IMG/VR virus record: IMGVR_UViG_3300028592_000004
Span: 62,001 to 126,000 of that record
Direction: 5' to 3' (one strand)
Length of the DNA: 64,000 nt
Shown here: positions 36,814-46,560 of the stretch, piece by piece
Numbering within the stretch: position 1 is the first letter of the stretch
Layout: each line of letters opens with the position of its first letter
Notes under the pieces: model-generated
Database searches by the model: none
What the model was told of the DNA's origin: nothing
The model's input: only the letters and a program-made list of their open reading frames with translations
Program-made: the position numbers and the translations under genes

Positions 36814-37282
36814 TGCTGTCCAGACCGGAGAAGCCTTTCAATCCGCGGGAATTGACCAGGTCGTCGATAGCCAGGCACGTTCTCGCGGCTGCGAAAGCGC
36901 ATGTCAATGGCCAGAAGAACGAGCCAAAGAGGAACATCACCAGTCCCGGCAGGTAGAGGATCGTCATCACGAGCCAGACAGCAGCAGTCTGAGCTTGATA
37001 CGTCATGAGATTCCAGCCGGCGTGGTAGAACCAGCTGTCGACGACGATTCCGAGTCCGAGCAGAACGGGGACTGAGAAGGTCAGGCAGAACTTGCAGAGC
37101 AGTCCCTCGCCCAGAAGTGCGAGGGCACTTTCGCGGACCCGGGCAAACCCCTTGTCGGAGTCTTCCGGTCCTTGCCACGTTTCGACCCTCGCCCGCCAGG
37201 GAGCGAAGAGGGAGCCTTTGAGCCAAACAGTGATCAAGCCTGAGCTGGCCAGGACAACGATCAGGAATTCGAAAACCGTCAT
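36632..37282 (-). CDS. membrane protein, DUF1360-like
   Basis: N-terminal TM helix, LGEGLLCKFCL (cf. GELL.CPWC), further TM helices. Confidence 0.55.
   Translation of the reverse strand: MTVFEFLIVVLASSGLITVWLKGSLFAPWRARVETWQGPEDSDKGFARVRESALALLGEGLLCKFCLTFSVPVLLGLGIVVDSWFYHAGWNLMTYQAQTAAVWLVMTILYLPGLVMFLFGSFFWPLTCAFAAARTCLAIDDLVNSRGLKGFSGLDSIGHDYELEVQQRRTEQEFTEELQNQHEKENDDGGKTTSRSAGGRRAASRSKSSDGEDTRD
36838..36855. promoter_or_regulatory. 18-bp palindromic operator-like motif
   Basis: TCAATCCGCGGGAATTGA, exact reverse complement of the 30288 site, inside a CDS 24 nt before the next gene. Confidence 0.65.
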
Positions 37283-37473
37283 TGCTTTCGCTTTCGATTT
37301 GCCGGCGGTGTGTGGCCGGTCAGGTTGTTGATGAAGACGATGCAGAGGTACGTTCCGTAACCCACAACGAGCAGCAAGCCGAGCACAGGATAGCCCAGTC
37401 CCGGCAGAATTGAGAGCAACAGGAACGCAACCAGCATCAGGCCAACGGCGAAATTCAGTTGGCTTTTACCCAT
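37279..37473 (-). CDS. small two-helix membrane protein
   Basis: Hydrophobic 64 aa, GGAGG RBS. Confidence 0.65.
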   Translation of the reverse strand: MGKSQLNFAVGLMLVAFLLLSILPGLGYPVLGLLLVVGYGTYLCIVFINNLTGHTPPANRKRKQ

Positions 37474-37750
37474 GCGGCCACACCTCCGATTGCACGCGGT
37501 CAGGCGGCGGATTGCCGTTCGTGTCCTGCAGCAAGTACGGCAGGGGATACGGCGCCGTGAGAGACAAAAAGTGGGCCGGGTGGAGAGTAATGGAGAGTTT
37601 CGGGATTGGACCGCGACGCGTCGGCGTAATGCCTGCTCGCTCCAAGAAGTAAGAAGAGGCTTTGGAGATGATCATCCTATCGTCCCGAGAGAAGGCGTGC
37701 GGGCTCTGACCGCACGCGAATTCATTGACACGACTCATTCTGTCCGACAT
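37466..37750 (-). CDS. hypothetical protein
   Basis: 94-aa ORF, start lies in an ACAAGGATGT hairpin. Confidence 0.55.
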   Translation of the reverse strand: MSDRMSRVNEFACGQSPHAFSRDDRMIISKASSYFLERAGITPTRRGPIPKLSITLHPAHFLSLTAPYPLPYLLQDTNGNPPPDRVQSEVWPHG

Positions 37751-37923
37751 CCTTGTTCATCGCGACTGTCTTTGAAGACGGCTTTGACGATCAGAGCGCA
37801 AGCACTGAAAAACAACCCGCCGGCCACCTCGAAGGCGAACTGCAGGAAGCCCAACTCAGTGCCGTGTGTCGGCGGACACGCTCGCAAACGAATGACTCGC
37901 TCGCGACGGAATTGATTACGCAT
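37735..37923 (-). CDS. possible small membrane protein
   Basis: MRNQFRR...FLQFAFEVAGGLFFSACALIVKAVF, one hydrophobic helix. Confidence 0.4.
   Translation of the reverse strand: MRNQFRRERVIRLRACPPTHGTELGFLQFAFEVAGGLFFSACALIVKAVFKDSRDEQGCRTE
37747..37756 (-). promoter_or_regulatory. CsrA-type binding hairpin on start codon
   Basis: ACA-AGGA-UGU containing the AUG at 37750. Confidence 0.55.
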
Positions 37924-39856
37924 GGAAGCGTTGACCCTTTCGGAACGTGCTGCACGTGCTCCCGCACGAGAGTGCAACCGCTATGACCGGCTGAAAGCCG
38001 ATTTGGATCGCCTGTTCGCCGACAGCCGGCGGGACAAGCGTGAAGTTGTCCGGATCGTCCGGGAGTACGTCGAGGAAGAGGAGCTTCCAACTCTTGAGCC
38101 CATTCTCCCTCTCCTACTGAATCTCAAGGGCAAGCCGTTCACGCTGTTTGAACACTTGCCCTTCTCACCGCTGTTCTTTACTCACTGCGCGCGGTCAGTG
38201 ATTTTCAAAACAGGGCGTCAGTGCGGTAAGTCAACCTCCATTTCTGCGTCGGGGATCCTGCAGGCGAACACGATCCCGAACTTCACAAATCTGTTCGTCA
38301 CGCCTCTGTACGAGCAGGCGCGTCGTCTGTCGAACAACTCGGTGCGGCCGTTCATCGACGAATCGCCGATGCGGCACCTGATGACGGGTGTGGGGATCGA
38401 GCAGAGCGTTCTGCAGCGATCGTTCCTGAACAAGTCGAAGCTCATGTTCTCGTTCGCGCTGATGGACGCGGACCGGACCCGCGGTATCTCCGCGGACCGG
38501 CTGTCCATCGACGAACTGCAGGACATGGATGCGGCGCATATCCCGATCATGATTGAAACCATGTCCCACTCCGATTGGGGCTGGCTGCAAATGACGGGTA
38601 CGCCGAAGACATTGGACAACACGCTTGAAGAAAAGTGGATCCGATCGTCCCAGGCAGAGTGGTTCATTCCCTGCACGCATTGCACGACCGGCGGGCAGCC
38701 GACGCTGAATATCCCGGCCCGTGAGCACCACCTGCTCGACATGATCGGGCCGTACCACGACTTCATCTCGGAACAGAATCCGGCGATCATTTGCCACAAG
38801 TGCCGCAAACCGATCAACGCACTGTACGGCCGGTGGGTACACCGCTATCCGGAGCGTCGCTGGACCAGTGCTGGATACCACATCCCGCAGCTGATCCTTC
38901 CGCTGCACTACGCCCGTCCGGACAAATGGCAGGTCTTCCTGTCGAAGATGCAGGGCGGAACCACCAGCCCCGCCACGTTCTTCAACGAAGTGCTCGGGGA
39001 ATCGTACGACAAGGGCACCAAGCTCATCAGCTTGACTGAGCTGCAGTCTGCGGCCTGCCTCGACTACGAGAACAGTGGTCGAATGCCGAGTGCCAAGGTG
39101 ATCGAAGCAGCCAACGACAGCCGGTACGTCTGCCGTGTTCTAGCAATCGACTGGGGTGGTGGCGGTGAGGACGAAATCAGCTTCACGACGATGGCCTTCC
39201 TGGGCATGCGGCACAACGGCCAGATCGAGGTGATCTGGGGTCGCCGTCTGCTCACGCCGAACGATCACCTTCGGGAAGCCGAGCAGGTCTTCGCGGTCTG
39301 GCAGATGCTCCGGCCGGACGTTGTCGCGCACGACTTCACCGGTGCCGGCGCCTTCCGAGAAGACTTCATGGTCTCCGCCGGGGTGCCGCTGGAGACCATC
39401 ATGCCCGTCGCATATGTGCGGGCTGCCAGCTCCCGGATCATCCAGCACGTCCCAGCCACCATCCACCTGCCGCGGGACCACTACCGCGTCGACAAGACGC
39501 ACACGCTGCTGTTGACCAGCCAGTGCATCCGTCGCCAGATGGTCCGCTTCTTCAAGTGGGACAACAAGGGCGAAGAGGATCGCGGTCTGCTGTTCGACTT
39601 CATGTCCCTCATCGAAGAGAAGATCCACGGTCGGACGGCCGGCGACGTCTACCTCATCAAGCGCGGAACCGGCCCGGACGACTTCGCCCAGGCCGTCAAC
39701 ATCGGTTGTTTGGCGATCTGGCACACCCAGGACGCCTGGCCGAACTTCGTCAGCGGCGCTAAGTGGCACGTCAAGAAGGAGCAGGAGTGGGCCACGGGCA
39801 GCCGCGACCACGGCTGGGAGAACGACCGAGGCGACAGCTACTTCCAGACGCCCTAG
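37922..39856 (+). CDS. terL: terminase large subunit (lambda GpA-type with Zn finger)
   Basis: KTGRQCGKST, SIDELQD, TGTPK, CTHC/CHKC, GYHIPQL, nuclease LAIDWG and DDFAQA. Confidence 0.9.
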   Translation: MEALTLSERAARAPARECNRYDRLKADLDRLFADSRRDKREVVRIVREYVEEEELPTLEPILPLLLNLKGKPFTLFEHLPFSPLFFTHCARSVIFKTGRQCGKSTSISASGILQANTIPNFTNLFVTPLYEQARRLSNNSVRPFIDESPMRHLMTGVGIEQSVLQRSFLNKSKLMFSFALMDADRTRGISADRLSIDELQDMDAAHIPIMIETMSHSDWGWLQMTGTPKTLDNTLEEKWIRSSQAEWFIPCTHCTTGGQPTLNIPAREHHLLDMIGPYHDFISEQNPAIICHKCRKPINALYGRWVHRYPERRWTSAGYHIPQLILPLHYARPDKWQVFLSKMQGGTTSPATFFNEVLGESYDKGTKLISLTELQSAACLDYENSGRMPSAKVIEAANDSRYVCRVLAIDWGGGGEDEISFTTMAFLGMRHNGQIEVIWGRRLLTPNDHLREAEQVFAVWQMLRPDVVAHDFTGAGAFREDFMVSAGVPLETIMPVAYVRAASSRIIQHVPATIHLPRDHYRVDKTHTLLLTSQCIRRQMVRFFKWDNKGEEDRGLLFDFMSLIEEKIHGRTAGDVYLIKRGTGPDDFAQAVNIGCLAIWHTQDAWPNFVSGAKWHVKKEQEWATGSRDHGWENDRGDSYFQTP

Positions 39857-40242
39857 TCGCCTTTGGCGATTCGAATCGAGTCATCGTCCATGTGGTGGGT
39901 CGAGATCTCGATCAGCTCGTTGTAGAAGTCCATACCCCGGAAGCGGTGGCGGAGCCCGGTTGGGATCCGCACGCACTCTCCGGGGCTGAGGACTCGCGTC
40001 ACCAGGTCTGGGGAGCTCAGATCGAGCCCGCCGTCCGGACCCAGGCAGTCTTTCGGCGACGTGAACAACAGAACGTGACCCGCGCGGACGAAGAAGCACT
40101 CGTCCTTGAGCCGGTGGTAGTGGAAGCTGCATTGCTTCCCCTGTTCAATCACCAGGCTCTTGCCGCAATAGCCGGGCTGGTTGCACATGATCAGCTCATG
40201 GCCCCAGCCCTTCTCCACACGTTCCGTTTCGATGGCTTCCAT
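39853..40242 (-). CDS. cupin-fold sugar isomerase-like protein
   Basis: KGWGHE...YCGK.L....G..CSFHYH..KDECF, PTGLRHRF. Confidence 0.8.
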   Translation of the reverse strand: MEAIETERVEKGWGHELIMCNQPGYCGKSLVIEQGKQCSFHYHRLKDECFFVRAGHVLLFTSPKDCLGPDGGLDLSSPDLVTRVLSPGECVRIPTGLRHRFRGMDFYNELIEISTHHMDDDSIRIAKGD

Positions 40243-40261
40243 GCCGCACCGTCCTTAGGGC

Positions 40262-40651
40262 CTAATCGTCCTCGTCGTCGAGGAACTCCTCGTTCTCGTC
40301 GTCCTCGTCGTCGAAATCTTCGTCGTCGAGCTCTTCGTCATCGAACTCTTCGTCGTCGAGTTCCTCATCATCGAACTCTTCGTCGTCCTCTTCGTCGTCG
40401 AACTCTTCGTCCTCAAATTCCTCTTCGTCGTCGAACTCTTCGTCGTCGAGCTCTCCTTCGAAGTCATCCGCCAGCGCGGCAGGAGAAGGGATCCCAAGCC
40501 GAGCGTAGAGATCTTCCTCACGGTCAAACGCGACTCCGGTTGTATGAAGCACTGGTCCGATCCTTTTGGCTTTGTTCGGGCTCAAGTTGATATTTGCGTC
40601 GCTGGGATACCCACCACTCGGCTGACACGGCCCAGTGTGGCGAATCACCAT
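40262..40651 (-). CDS. small protein with extremely acidic C-terminus
   Basis: DDEEFDDEEL-type repeats over ~60 aa. Confidence 0.6.
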   Translation of the reverse strand: MVIRHTGPCQPSGGYPSDANINLSPNKAKRIGPVLHTTGVAFDREEDLYARLGIPSPAALADDFEGELDDEEFDDEEEFEDEEFDDEEDDEEFDDEELDDEEFDDEELDDEDFDDEDDENEEFLDDEDD

Positions 40652-43172
40652 CTTCGTTGATAGAGGCGAACGACGACTGCAGAAGCTCTGCGATCGTCTT
40701 CGAAGGGATGGAGACTCCGCATCGCTGCATGAGGCTCCGGTTGAGGGCCGTCTTCGAAATGAAGGTCGAGCCCTCGACGCTCTTCCGACCTCGCGTCTGA
40801 GGGATGATGGCCTCTCCGTCCCGGTGCAGACACACCAGGAGTTGAGCCAGTCGGTCTTCGGGCCGAATCGAATCTGGCGAAGTCAGCCGTGCAGCGCCCT
40901 CATCGAACGCAACAGGGCTGCCGCCCAACCTTGTCCACCAGCGACGGATGTCGAGCGACACCCGCTCCTGAACCGATCCTTCCCCGATCAGCATAAAACG
41001 TCGGCGACAGACGTCCTGCAGGTAGCCGGCGAGAACGGCCGGAATGTGATCAATCAGGGCGGAGCAGTCAACGGTGGATGGAAGCCGAGCGATCGACCAG
41101 GGCGACAGGATCGCCAACGCCCTGGCCTGAAGAAGCTGAACCGACGCTGCCAGCGTTGCCTTCGGCTGCTGCAGGAGTTGGCCTTGGTCTTTCAACATGC
41201 CATCTAGCTGCAGGTGAACCGGCCAGGTGTTGCCGTCCGCGTATTCCTTCAGGTCGCGGCTCTTGAGAGAAGCCACGCCCATGAGCTTCAGGAGGCCAGC
41301 TCCCATCGTACCGGCGCCGCGGCCGACCATCGCCAGACTGGACCGTGTCGAACCTGTCGCAGTCAGGACGGCGTCTGACAACACGTACGTCGCGAGACTC
41401 CAGAACGCGCGGACGTCTTCACGCTCGCACGAGAGCTCACGGAGGCACGCGTCTGTCATGACGCTGTACGGAAGGTCGCTGGCTTGAAACTCGGCTGGAA
41501 TCGCCCGATGGACGAACTCCACCTCACCAGCACTGCTGATGATGAACCTCGGGAAGGCAAAGGCAGCCTTCTTGGGATGCCACCCGACACCAGCTACGCC
41601 AGTTTCGAATGCAGGCTCGTGGAACTGTTTGGCGAGCGCCATGAGGGACGGCTTGGGGATCCCGTTTAGGATCAGCGGCCCGTGTCCGGCTTCTGCCATC
41701 AGCTCCCGCATCCATTCGAAGGTGTTGCGGGTGTCCGCTTCCGGTACTTGAAATGGAATCTGCTTTCCGCGGAATCCAATGAAGCCGGCATAGACGTAGG
41801 ACTTCCGCTGTGGATCGAAGATCTCCCGCTCGATGACCAGTCGCGCGGTCAGAACCGGCGACGAGGTCTCTTCGTGGATCCACATATCGTCACGCTCGAT
41901 CAGCGTCTTGCCGGCGTTGATCCGGATACGCGGACAGAGCGGGGTTTTGCCAAAGCACCCATCCAGGATCTCCATGACTGTCCCTCCGGCAGCAGTGGCC
42001 ATAGCGGACAGATCAGCTTCCGGGAGAGCGGAGGAGTACATGGCTGTTTCAGCCTGACTTCGACTGAGCCCACTCAAGTACTCGGTCAGGCAGACTTGCC
42101 ACGGACGAGCAGACCGGCCGACTCCGGCCAGTGCTACCCGAGCAGGCAAACCACGATCGGGACGTCCGGTGCAGACGAAGCCCTGGGCCTTGAACCCACG
42201 GGCGATCGCCAGCATGTCGAGACGGTCGCTGATCACGGTGAATTCGCGAGCTTCGTCCAGGCGATGCACGTCGAGCGACTGCATCGTGGACGTGTTGTAC
42301 GCCATCAGGATCGGCAGCATGTTCGGATTGCTGGCGATGTGGCGGATCTGCAGGTCCAGCGCTAGCAACGGATCGCTGACGATGAACATGCGGTTGTCGG
42401 CGGCGTCATCGAACGACGACACCATGCCGAAGCCGGCTTCGCTAAACAGCATTGACCGGCCGCGGCGATCGACGGTGGAGAGGAGGGCAAAGGTCGGCGT
42501 CTCGTCTCGCTCCAACGTGATGCAAAGGAACGAGCGGATCCGGCCCGGGACATCCTCGAATGGAAGGACGAGATGGTGGTTCCAGATGGCTCTTGCGAGC
42601 TCAGGAATGAGCGGTTTGCTGCTGGTCGCAAAGCACGGCTCGACGGCGAGCGAGGTCTCCCGGCCAGTGGACAGACCAACGAACCGGCCGAAGCGATTCT
42701 GCCAGTTCACCAGTTGTCGCGGGAAGCCGCATTTCGTGAGGAGCTTCTCCCAGGGGATCCTGTCGTCCACGGACGGCAGTTGCCGAACCTTGTTCCAGAA
42801 CGCATTCGTACGAGCGCGATCGGCGACCGGCCCTTGTACGAACTTCTGGATGGCATCAGCACTGGTTTCCTCACCTTTTGGCAAGGCCTCCAGCGCCAGC
42901 AACTTACGGACCGCCGTGAAAACGTCCGTCTTCCAGGTAGTTGCCGCAAGTGTTATCGTGTCCTCAGCGACACGGCACCGGCGACAGTAGAACCAGAACC
43001 CAGCGGGACGGTCCCGGTACACCGACAACGCCTTCTGCGTCAGGCATACCGGACACTGAACTCGCGCTGGAAACTGCTGATTCGGATCCGTTTCAACTGA
43101 CACCCCAAGTGCCCGAAGAACAGTTGCCCAATCGGCGACGTGGTTGGGCGCTTCCAAGCTGAGAATTGACAC
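40524..43172 (-). CDS. DnaG-like Zn finger + degenerate TOPRIM + DUF927-like multidomain protein
   Basis: CPVC...FYCRRC, LVLPFEDVPGRIRSF (cf. DnaG FPI.D..GRVIGF), FIVSDPLLAL (catalytic Glu absent), VGWHPKKAAFAFP; probable GTG start 43172. Confidence 0.5.
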   Translation of the reverse strand: MSILSLEAPNHVADWATVLRALGVSVETDPNQQFPARVQCPVCLTQKALSVYRDRPAGFWFYCRRCRVAEDTITLAATTWKTDVFTAVRKLLALEALPKGEETSADAIQKFVQGPVADRARTNAFWNKVRQLPSVDDRIPWEKLLTKCGFPRQLVNWQNRFGRFVGLSTGRETSLAVEPCFATSSKPLIPELARAIWNHHLVLPFEDVPGRIRSFLCITLERDETPTFALLSTVDRRGRSMLFSEAGFGMVSSFDDAADNRMFIVSDPLLALDLQIRHIASNPNMLPILMAYNTSTMQSLDVHRLDEAREFTVISDRLDMLAIARGFKAQGFVCTGRPDRGLPARVALAGVGRSARPWQVCLTEYLSGLSRSQAETAMYSSALPEADLSAMATAAGGTVMEILDGCFGKTPLCPRIRINAGKTLIERDDMWIHEETSSPVLTARLVIEREIFDPQRKSYVYAGFIGFRGKQIPFQVPEADTRNTFEWMRELMAEAGHGPLILNGIPKPSLMALAKQFHEPAFETGVAGVGWHPKKAAFAFPRFIISSAGEVEFVHRAIPAEFQASDLPYSVMTDACLRELSCEREDVRAFWSLATYVLSDAVLTATGSTRSSLAMVGRGAGTMGAGLLKLMGVASLKSRDLKEYADGNTWPVHLQLDGMLKDQGQLLQQPKATLAASVQLLQARALAILSPWSIARLPSTVDCSALIDHIPAVLAGYLQDVCRRRFMLIGEGSVQERVSLDIRRWWTRLGGSPVAFDEGAARLTSPDSIRPEDRLAQLLVCLHRDGEAIIPQTRGRKSVEGSTFISKTALNRSLMQRCGVSIPSKTIAELLQSSFASINEDGDSPHWAVSAEWWVSQRRKYQLEPEQSQKDRTSASYNRSRV

Positions 43173-44345
43173 ATGACCATCCTTGATCAGACCTCGGATC
43201 TCTCCGGCATCGAGACTGCGCGTGTGATGCAGGCCTACAGGGCTCCGGGTTACGTGAAGCAGGCATCTGTCTCCACGGCTCCCGAGAACGCTGCAGACTC
43301 GCGCCTCTACGCCGACTCCGTGCAGCGGAAGTTTCCGGTGCACACCAAGGCAGCGACGTGGCTGTCGAACGCATTCTGGTGCGAGAAGCGGGCGAATGTC
43401 CAGCCCGCCGATCGGCAACGCATCCAGACCGCTCTTCTCAAGGCCGCAGACTTCTACGGCATCCGTGCCGAAGTCGACTCGCTATACAAGCAGGCCGAAG
43501 TCGACAACGATGAGAACAAGCTGCCGGATGACGCCTTCGCCTTCCTTGGGGAAGACGCCAGTGGTAATCGTACGCGGCACATGCCGATGCGTACGGCCCT
43601 GGAAACGAAAACCGCTGCAGCTTTCTTCGTCGAGCACCGTGACCGTTTCACCTTTCCACAGCAGCAGAAGGTCGCAGTCCGGATCCTCGACAAGGCCGCA
43701 TCCCAGGGAGCAGGCCTGACGAACGAGGTCGATCAGATCCTTTCCCGGTGTGCAGGCTTCGGGATGTGCGCTGCCTCCCGAACGGCGGAATTCGTAGAGA
43801 AGCGGGCCGCGATGATCAAGTACTCGGATGGGAAGCTCTCGCAGCAGCTCATCGACACCGCGCAGGCCATCCGGAATAACCCGGAGCACGCCCGCCAGCC
43901 GGCCATCCTGGTCAAGCTCGCTGAGCAGCTCGACGTTCTCGATCGCCGCTTCCAGTTCAACAAGCGGTATCACCAGGACATTGAGCGTCCGGCGGATGTG
44001 CTGTTCGAGGTCAACGAGTTTTCGGTCAAGCAGGCCGCGGCCGATCACATCCAGATGACGAGCGGCTCGGTCTACCGGATCTCCGACCTGAACCACGTCA
44101 AGCTGGCGGACGTTCGCGACTACCTCGGCACCGACCTGGCTGACGCCCTCACGGACGACGGCATGACTGTCAGCCTGGAGAAGGCTGCCACGATCCTCCC
44201 GACGTTGCCCCGCGGTGACGCGGAGACGTTCGATCGGGTGGTCGAGTCGGTCATCCGGCCGGTGACGAAGATGGCAGCTGCCCGTGCCGGTCTCAGCCGG
44301 ACGGAGATGTGGGACCTGGCGATGCAGGCGTCTGGCAACCGCTAG
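43173..44345 (+). CDS. hypothetical protein, probably virion-associated
   Basis: 390-aa ORF with strong codon bias, YADSVQRKFPVHTKAATWLS and repeated KxAA/KQAS motifs. Confidence 0.75.
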   Translation: MTILDQTSDLSGIETARVMQAYRAPGYVKQASVSTAPENAADSRLYADSVQRKFPVHTKAATWLSNAFWCEKRANVQPADRQRIQTALLKAADFYGIRAEVDSLYKQAEVDNDENKLPDDAFAFLGEDASGNRTRHMPMRTALETKTAAAFFVEHRDRFTFPQQQKVAVRILDKAASQGAGLTNEVDQILSRCAGFGMCAASRTAEFVEKRAAMIKYSDGKLSQQLIDTAQAIRNNPEHARQPAILVKLAEQLDVLDRRFQFNKRYHQDIERPADVLFEVNEFSVKQAAADHIQMTSGSVYRISDLNHVKLADVRDYLGTDLADALTDDGMTVSLEKAATILPTLPRGDAETFDRVVESVIRPVTKMAAARAGLSRTEMWDLAMQASGNR

Positions 44346-45077
44346 TCACTTACGCCAGCAGATGCCGCAACGGGCGCAGGTCATCTTGGTCTTGAAGTTG
44401 ATCCCAGCTTCGACCGGACAGACCTGCACCCCGTTCATCTTCTTCAGGACCGACTTCGGCGAATCGCGGAAGACCAGGTCCACGTCAGATGGGGCCACCA
44501 GCTCATCCAGCGGGTCGATGCACATGTAAGCGCGTCGCGTGCTGGGGCTCTTTGGCGCCGGACCTGTCTCTCGGTCCTCGCTGAGCCACATGCGCCAGTT
44601 CGGCAAGAGGGCCAGCTTTTCGATTTCTGTCAGGATCTCAGGATCTCGCCAGGACCGTGTGTAGCTAAAGAACCGCACATTGCGTAGCCGTGTGGCGATC
44701 TGGCCCCAGGCGGCGGTATAGGAAGCGCTAAAGAAGTCTCCAGAGACATGGACCCGAAGGACCGATATCCCTTTGAGACGAATGGCCTGAACCATCAATT
44801 CGGCAAACCTGGGATCCTGTACGGCCTCCCAGTTCTTCATGTAGCGCTCTTGGATGCTCGGCATGTGGAACAGGCCGGAGCGGGCATAACAGTGACGACG
44901 GCAGTGAGCCGTCGACCCGGGGCAGGTGTCAACCGCTGGCAGGCTGAAGGAGAAGATGGCTTCCCCCAGCTTCGTGTTTCCCACGCACAGCGATCGAAGA
45001 AGATCCTCCCCGACATTTCGATTCTCAAGGACAACCACGTCTGCTCCTTCCAGGAGTGGGTGTCCGCAGTGGCTCAA
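44346..45077 (-). CDS. GP88-like (radical-SAM-related Fe-S) protein
   Basis: GNTKL..FSFSLP..TCPG...C...CYA, LRVHVSGDF, YTRSW, C-terminal CP...CARCGICW. Confidence 0.75.
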   Translation of the reverse strand: MSHCGHPLLEGADVVVLENRNVGEDLLRSLCVGNTKLGEAIFSFSLPAVDTCPGSTAHCRRHCYARSGLFHMPSIQERYMKNWEAVQDPRFAELMVQAIRLKGISVLRVHVSGDFFSASYTAAWGQIATRLRNVRFFSYTRSWRDPEILTEIEKLALLPNWRMWLSEDRETGPAPKSPSTRRAYMCIDPLDELVAPSDVDLVFRDSPKSVLKKMNGVQVCPVEAGINFKTKMTCARCGICWRK

Positions 45078-45496
45078 TCGATGTCGAGCTTCCTCGCGTG
45101 ATCCTGCGGCTTCGGCGCCGCCGGCAGCGAGTTCGAGCCGGTCTGCGGCTGATTGATGAGTGAGTCCTGACTCATCGTCAGGACCTTTCTGGAGTGCTTG
45201 CACTCCTTGCGATTCGACCATCCCGGACAGTTACAGCTCGCTGTATTGTCCGGCCACTTGATGGCGGTGTAGATCGTCGTGCCATTGGAGCTGTACTCCT
45301 GCAGCGTGACGGAGGCCGATGCAGGTCGGCCGTTGATGAGCTTGCGGCCGTTCTGGAACGACCAGGAGGCAGTTGGCACGTGCATTATCTCCGGCTGGCG
45401 TAAAAATGGACCCGTCCGCTGCGGCTTTACCCACCACAGGACGTTGAGCAGCACCAGGACGGTCCACCCTATGACGATGACGAGACTGTAGTCCAT
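45074..45496 (-). CDS. SWIM zinc-finger protein with N-terminal TM helix
   Basis: SCNCPGW...CKH. Confidence 0.7.
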   Translation of the reverse strand: MDYSLVIVIGWTVLVLLNVLWWVKPQRTGPFLRQPEIMHVPTASWSFQNGRKLINGRPASASVTLQEYSSNGTTIYTAIKWPDNTASCNCPGWSNRKECKHSRKVLTMSQDSLINQPQTGSNSLPAAPKPQDHARKLDID

Positions 45497-46560
45497 CAGT
45501 CGAGATCCAGGCTGCGAGCCTCCAGACCCATACTGTCACGGACGACTTGCATCGCCGCTGTGTCGAGACAGTGGTCCTTCAGAGCGTTGGCCACGGTCGC
45601 CAGCTGCTTGGCGTACGGCGCGATCGAAGCCGAGAACCCGACACCTCGGTCCTGTCCGGCTCGACCCGTCTCCACGACGTGCTCGACTTCCGTGCGGAGC
45701 TTGGCTGCCTTCTGCAGGAGCTCCTTATCGCCGATGTCAGCGAACGCTTCGACGCGACGGATCGCATCGCGGACTTCGTTGAAGGTGGCGTCCTTCACGA
45801 ACTTGGCGTCCGTCAGCTTCTTGACCATGTTGTCGAGCGAAGCCGCCAGCAGTCGCCGCGGCTCCTCCAGCATCGACGCCATCGCCGTGTTGATCTCGGT
45901 CCGGGCCGATGCACGGGCCGCTTCGATCTCCGCCCGCATCGTGGAGTCGGTCACGGAGCCGATTGACGCTTCGCCGATCTTGAAGATCCCCCACGACACG
46001 CGAAAGCGGTTCGTGATGTTCTTCTTCTCCGGCAGCCGGCCGAGGATCTTGATCTTGCAGTCCTGCTCGCCGAGCAGGGGCTCCCAGATGTCCTTGTTGT
46101 ACTGGACGACGTCGTACTCCCAGGCCGCGTAGAGTTCCGCGGCCAGCCGATTGACGGCGCCCTGGATCTGTCGCAGTTCCTTGAACACGTCGGTCGAGGC
46201 TCGCACCGGCAGCACCCGCATGTTGAGGATGCTGGGACCTGCCTGGAGCGGATCAGCTTCGTCTTCGGTTTGCTCCGTCATGCGAAGCGCAGCCGTATAG
46301 ACGTCCAGGATCTTGGCGACCTTGCCGAACTCTGCCTGGAACTTGTCGTGCCACTTGTCCGGGATGAGGTTCACCCGACCCTTGCTCACGGCCTGTTTCG
46401 GGACGTTCTGTCCGTCGACCGTGATCTGCAGGTTGGGCAGCGTGTGAATGCCGCGGTACTGGCTCCGCCGGACCGACAGCATGTAGAACTTCTTGTCGAG
46501 ATCACTACTCGGCGCCGGCGGGAGTTCCACCTTCGGCTTGGTCTTGGTCATTGTGGGCAT
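45496..46560 (-). CDS. DUF3150-like helical protein
   Basis: FRVSWGIF, KFVKDATFNEV and C-terminal ARSLDL follow the family pattern; context with DUF1257/DUF2997. Confidence 0.5.
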   Translation of the reverse strand: MPTMTKTKPKVELPPAPSSDLDKKFYMLSVRRSQYRGIHTLPNLQITVDGQNVPKQAVSKGRVNLIPDKWHDKFQAEFGKVAKILDVYTAALRMTEQTEDEADPLQAGPSILNMRVLPVRASTDVFKELRQIQGAVNRLAAELYAAWEYDVVQYNKDIWEPLLGEQDCKIKILGRLPEKKNITNRFRVSWGIFKIGEASIGSVTDSTMRAEIEAARASARTEINTAMASMLEEPRRLLAASLDNMVKKLTDAKFVKDATFNEVRDAIRRVEAFADIGDKELLQKAAKLRTEVEHVVETGRAGQDRGVGFSASIAPYAKQLATVANALKDHCLDTAAMQVVRDSMGLEARSLDLD

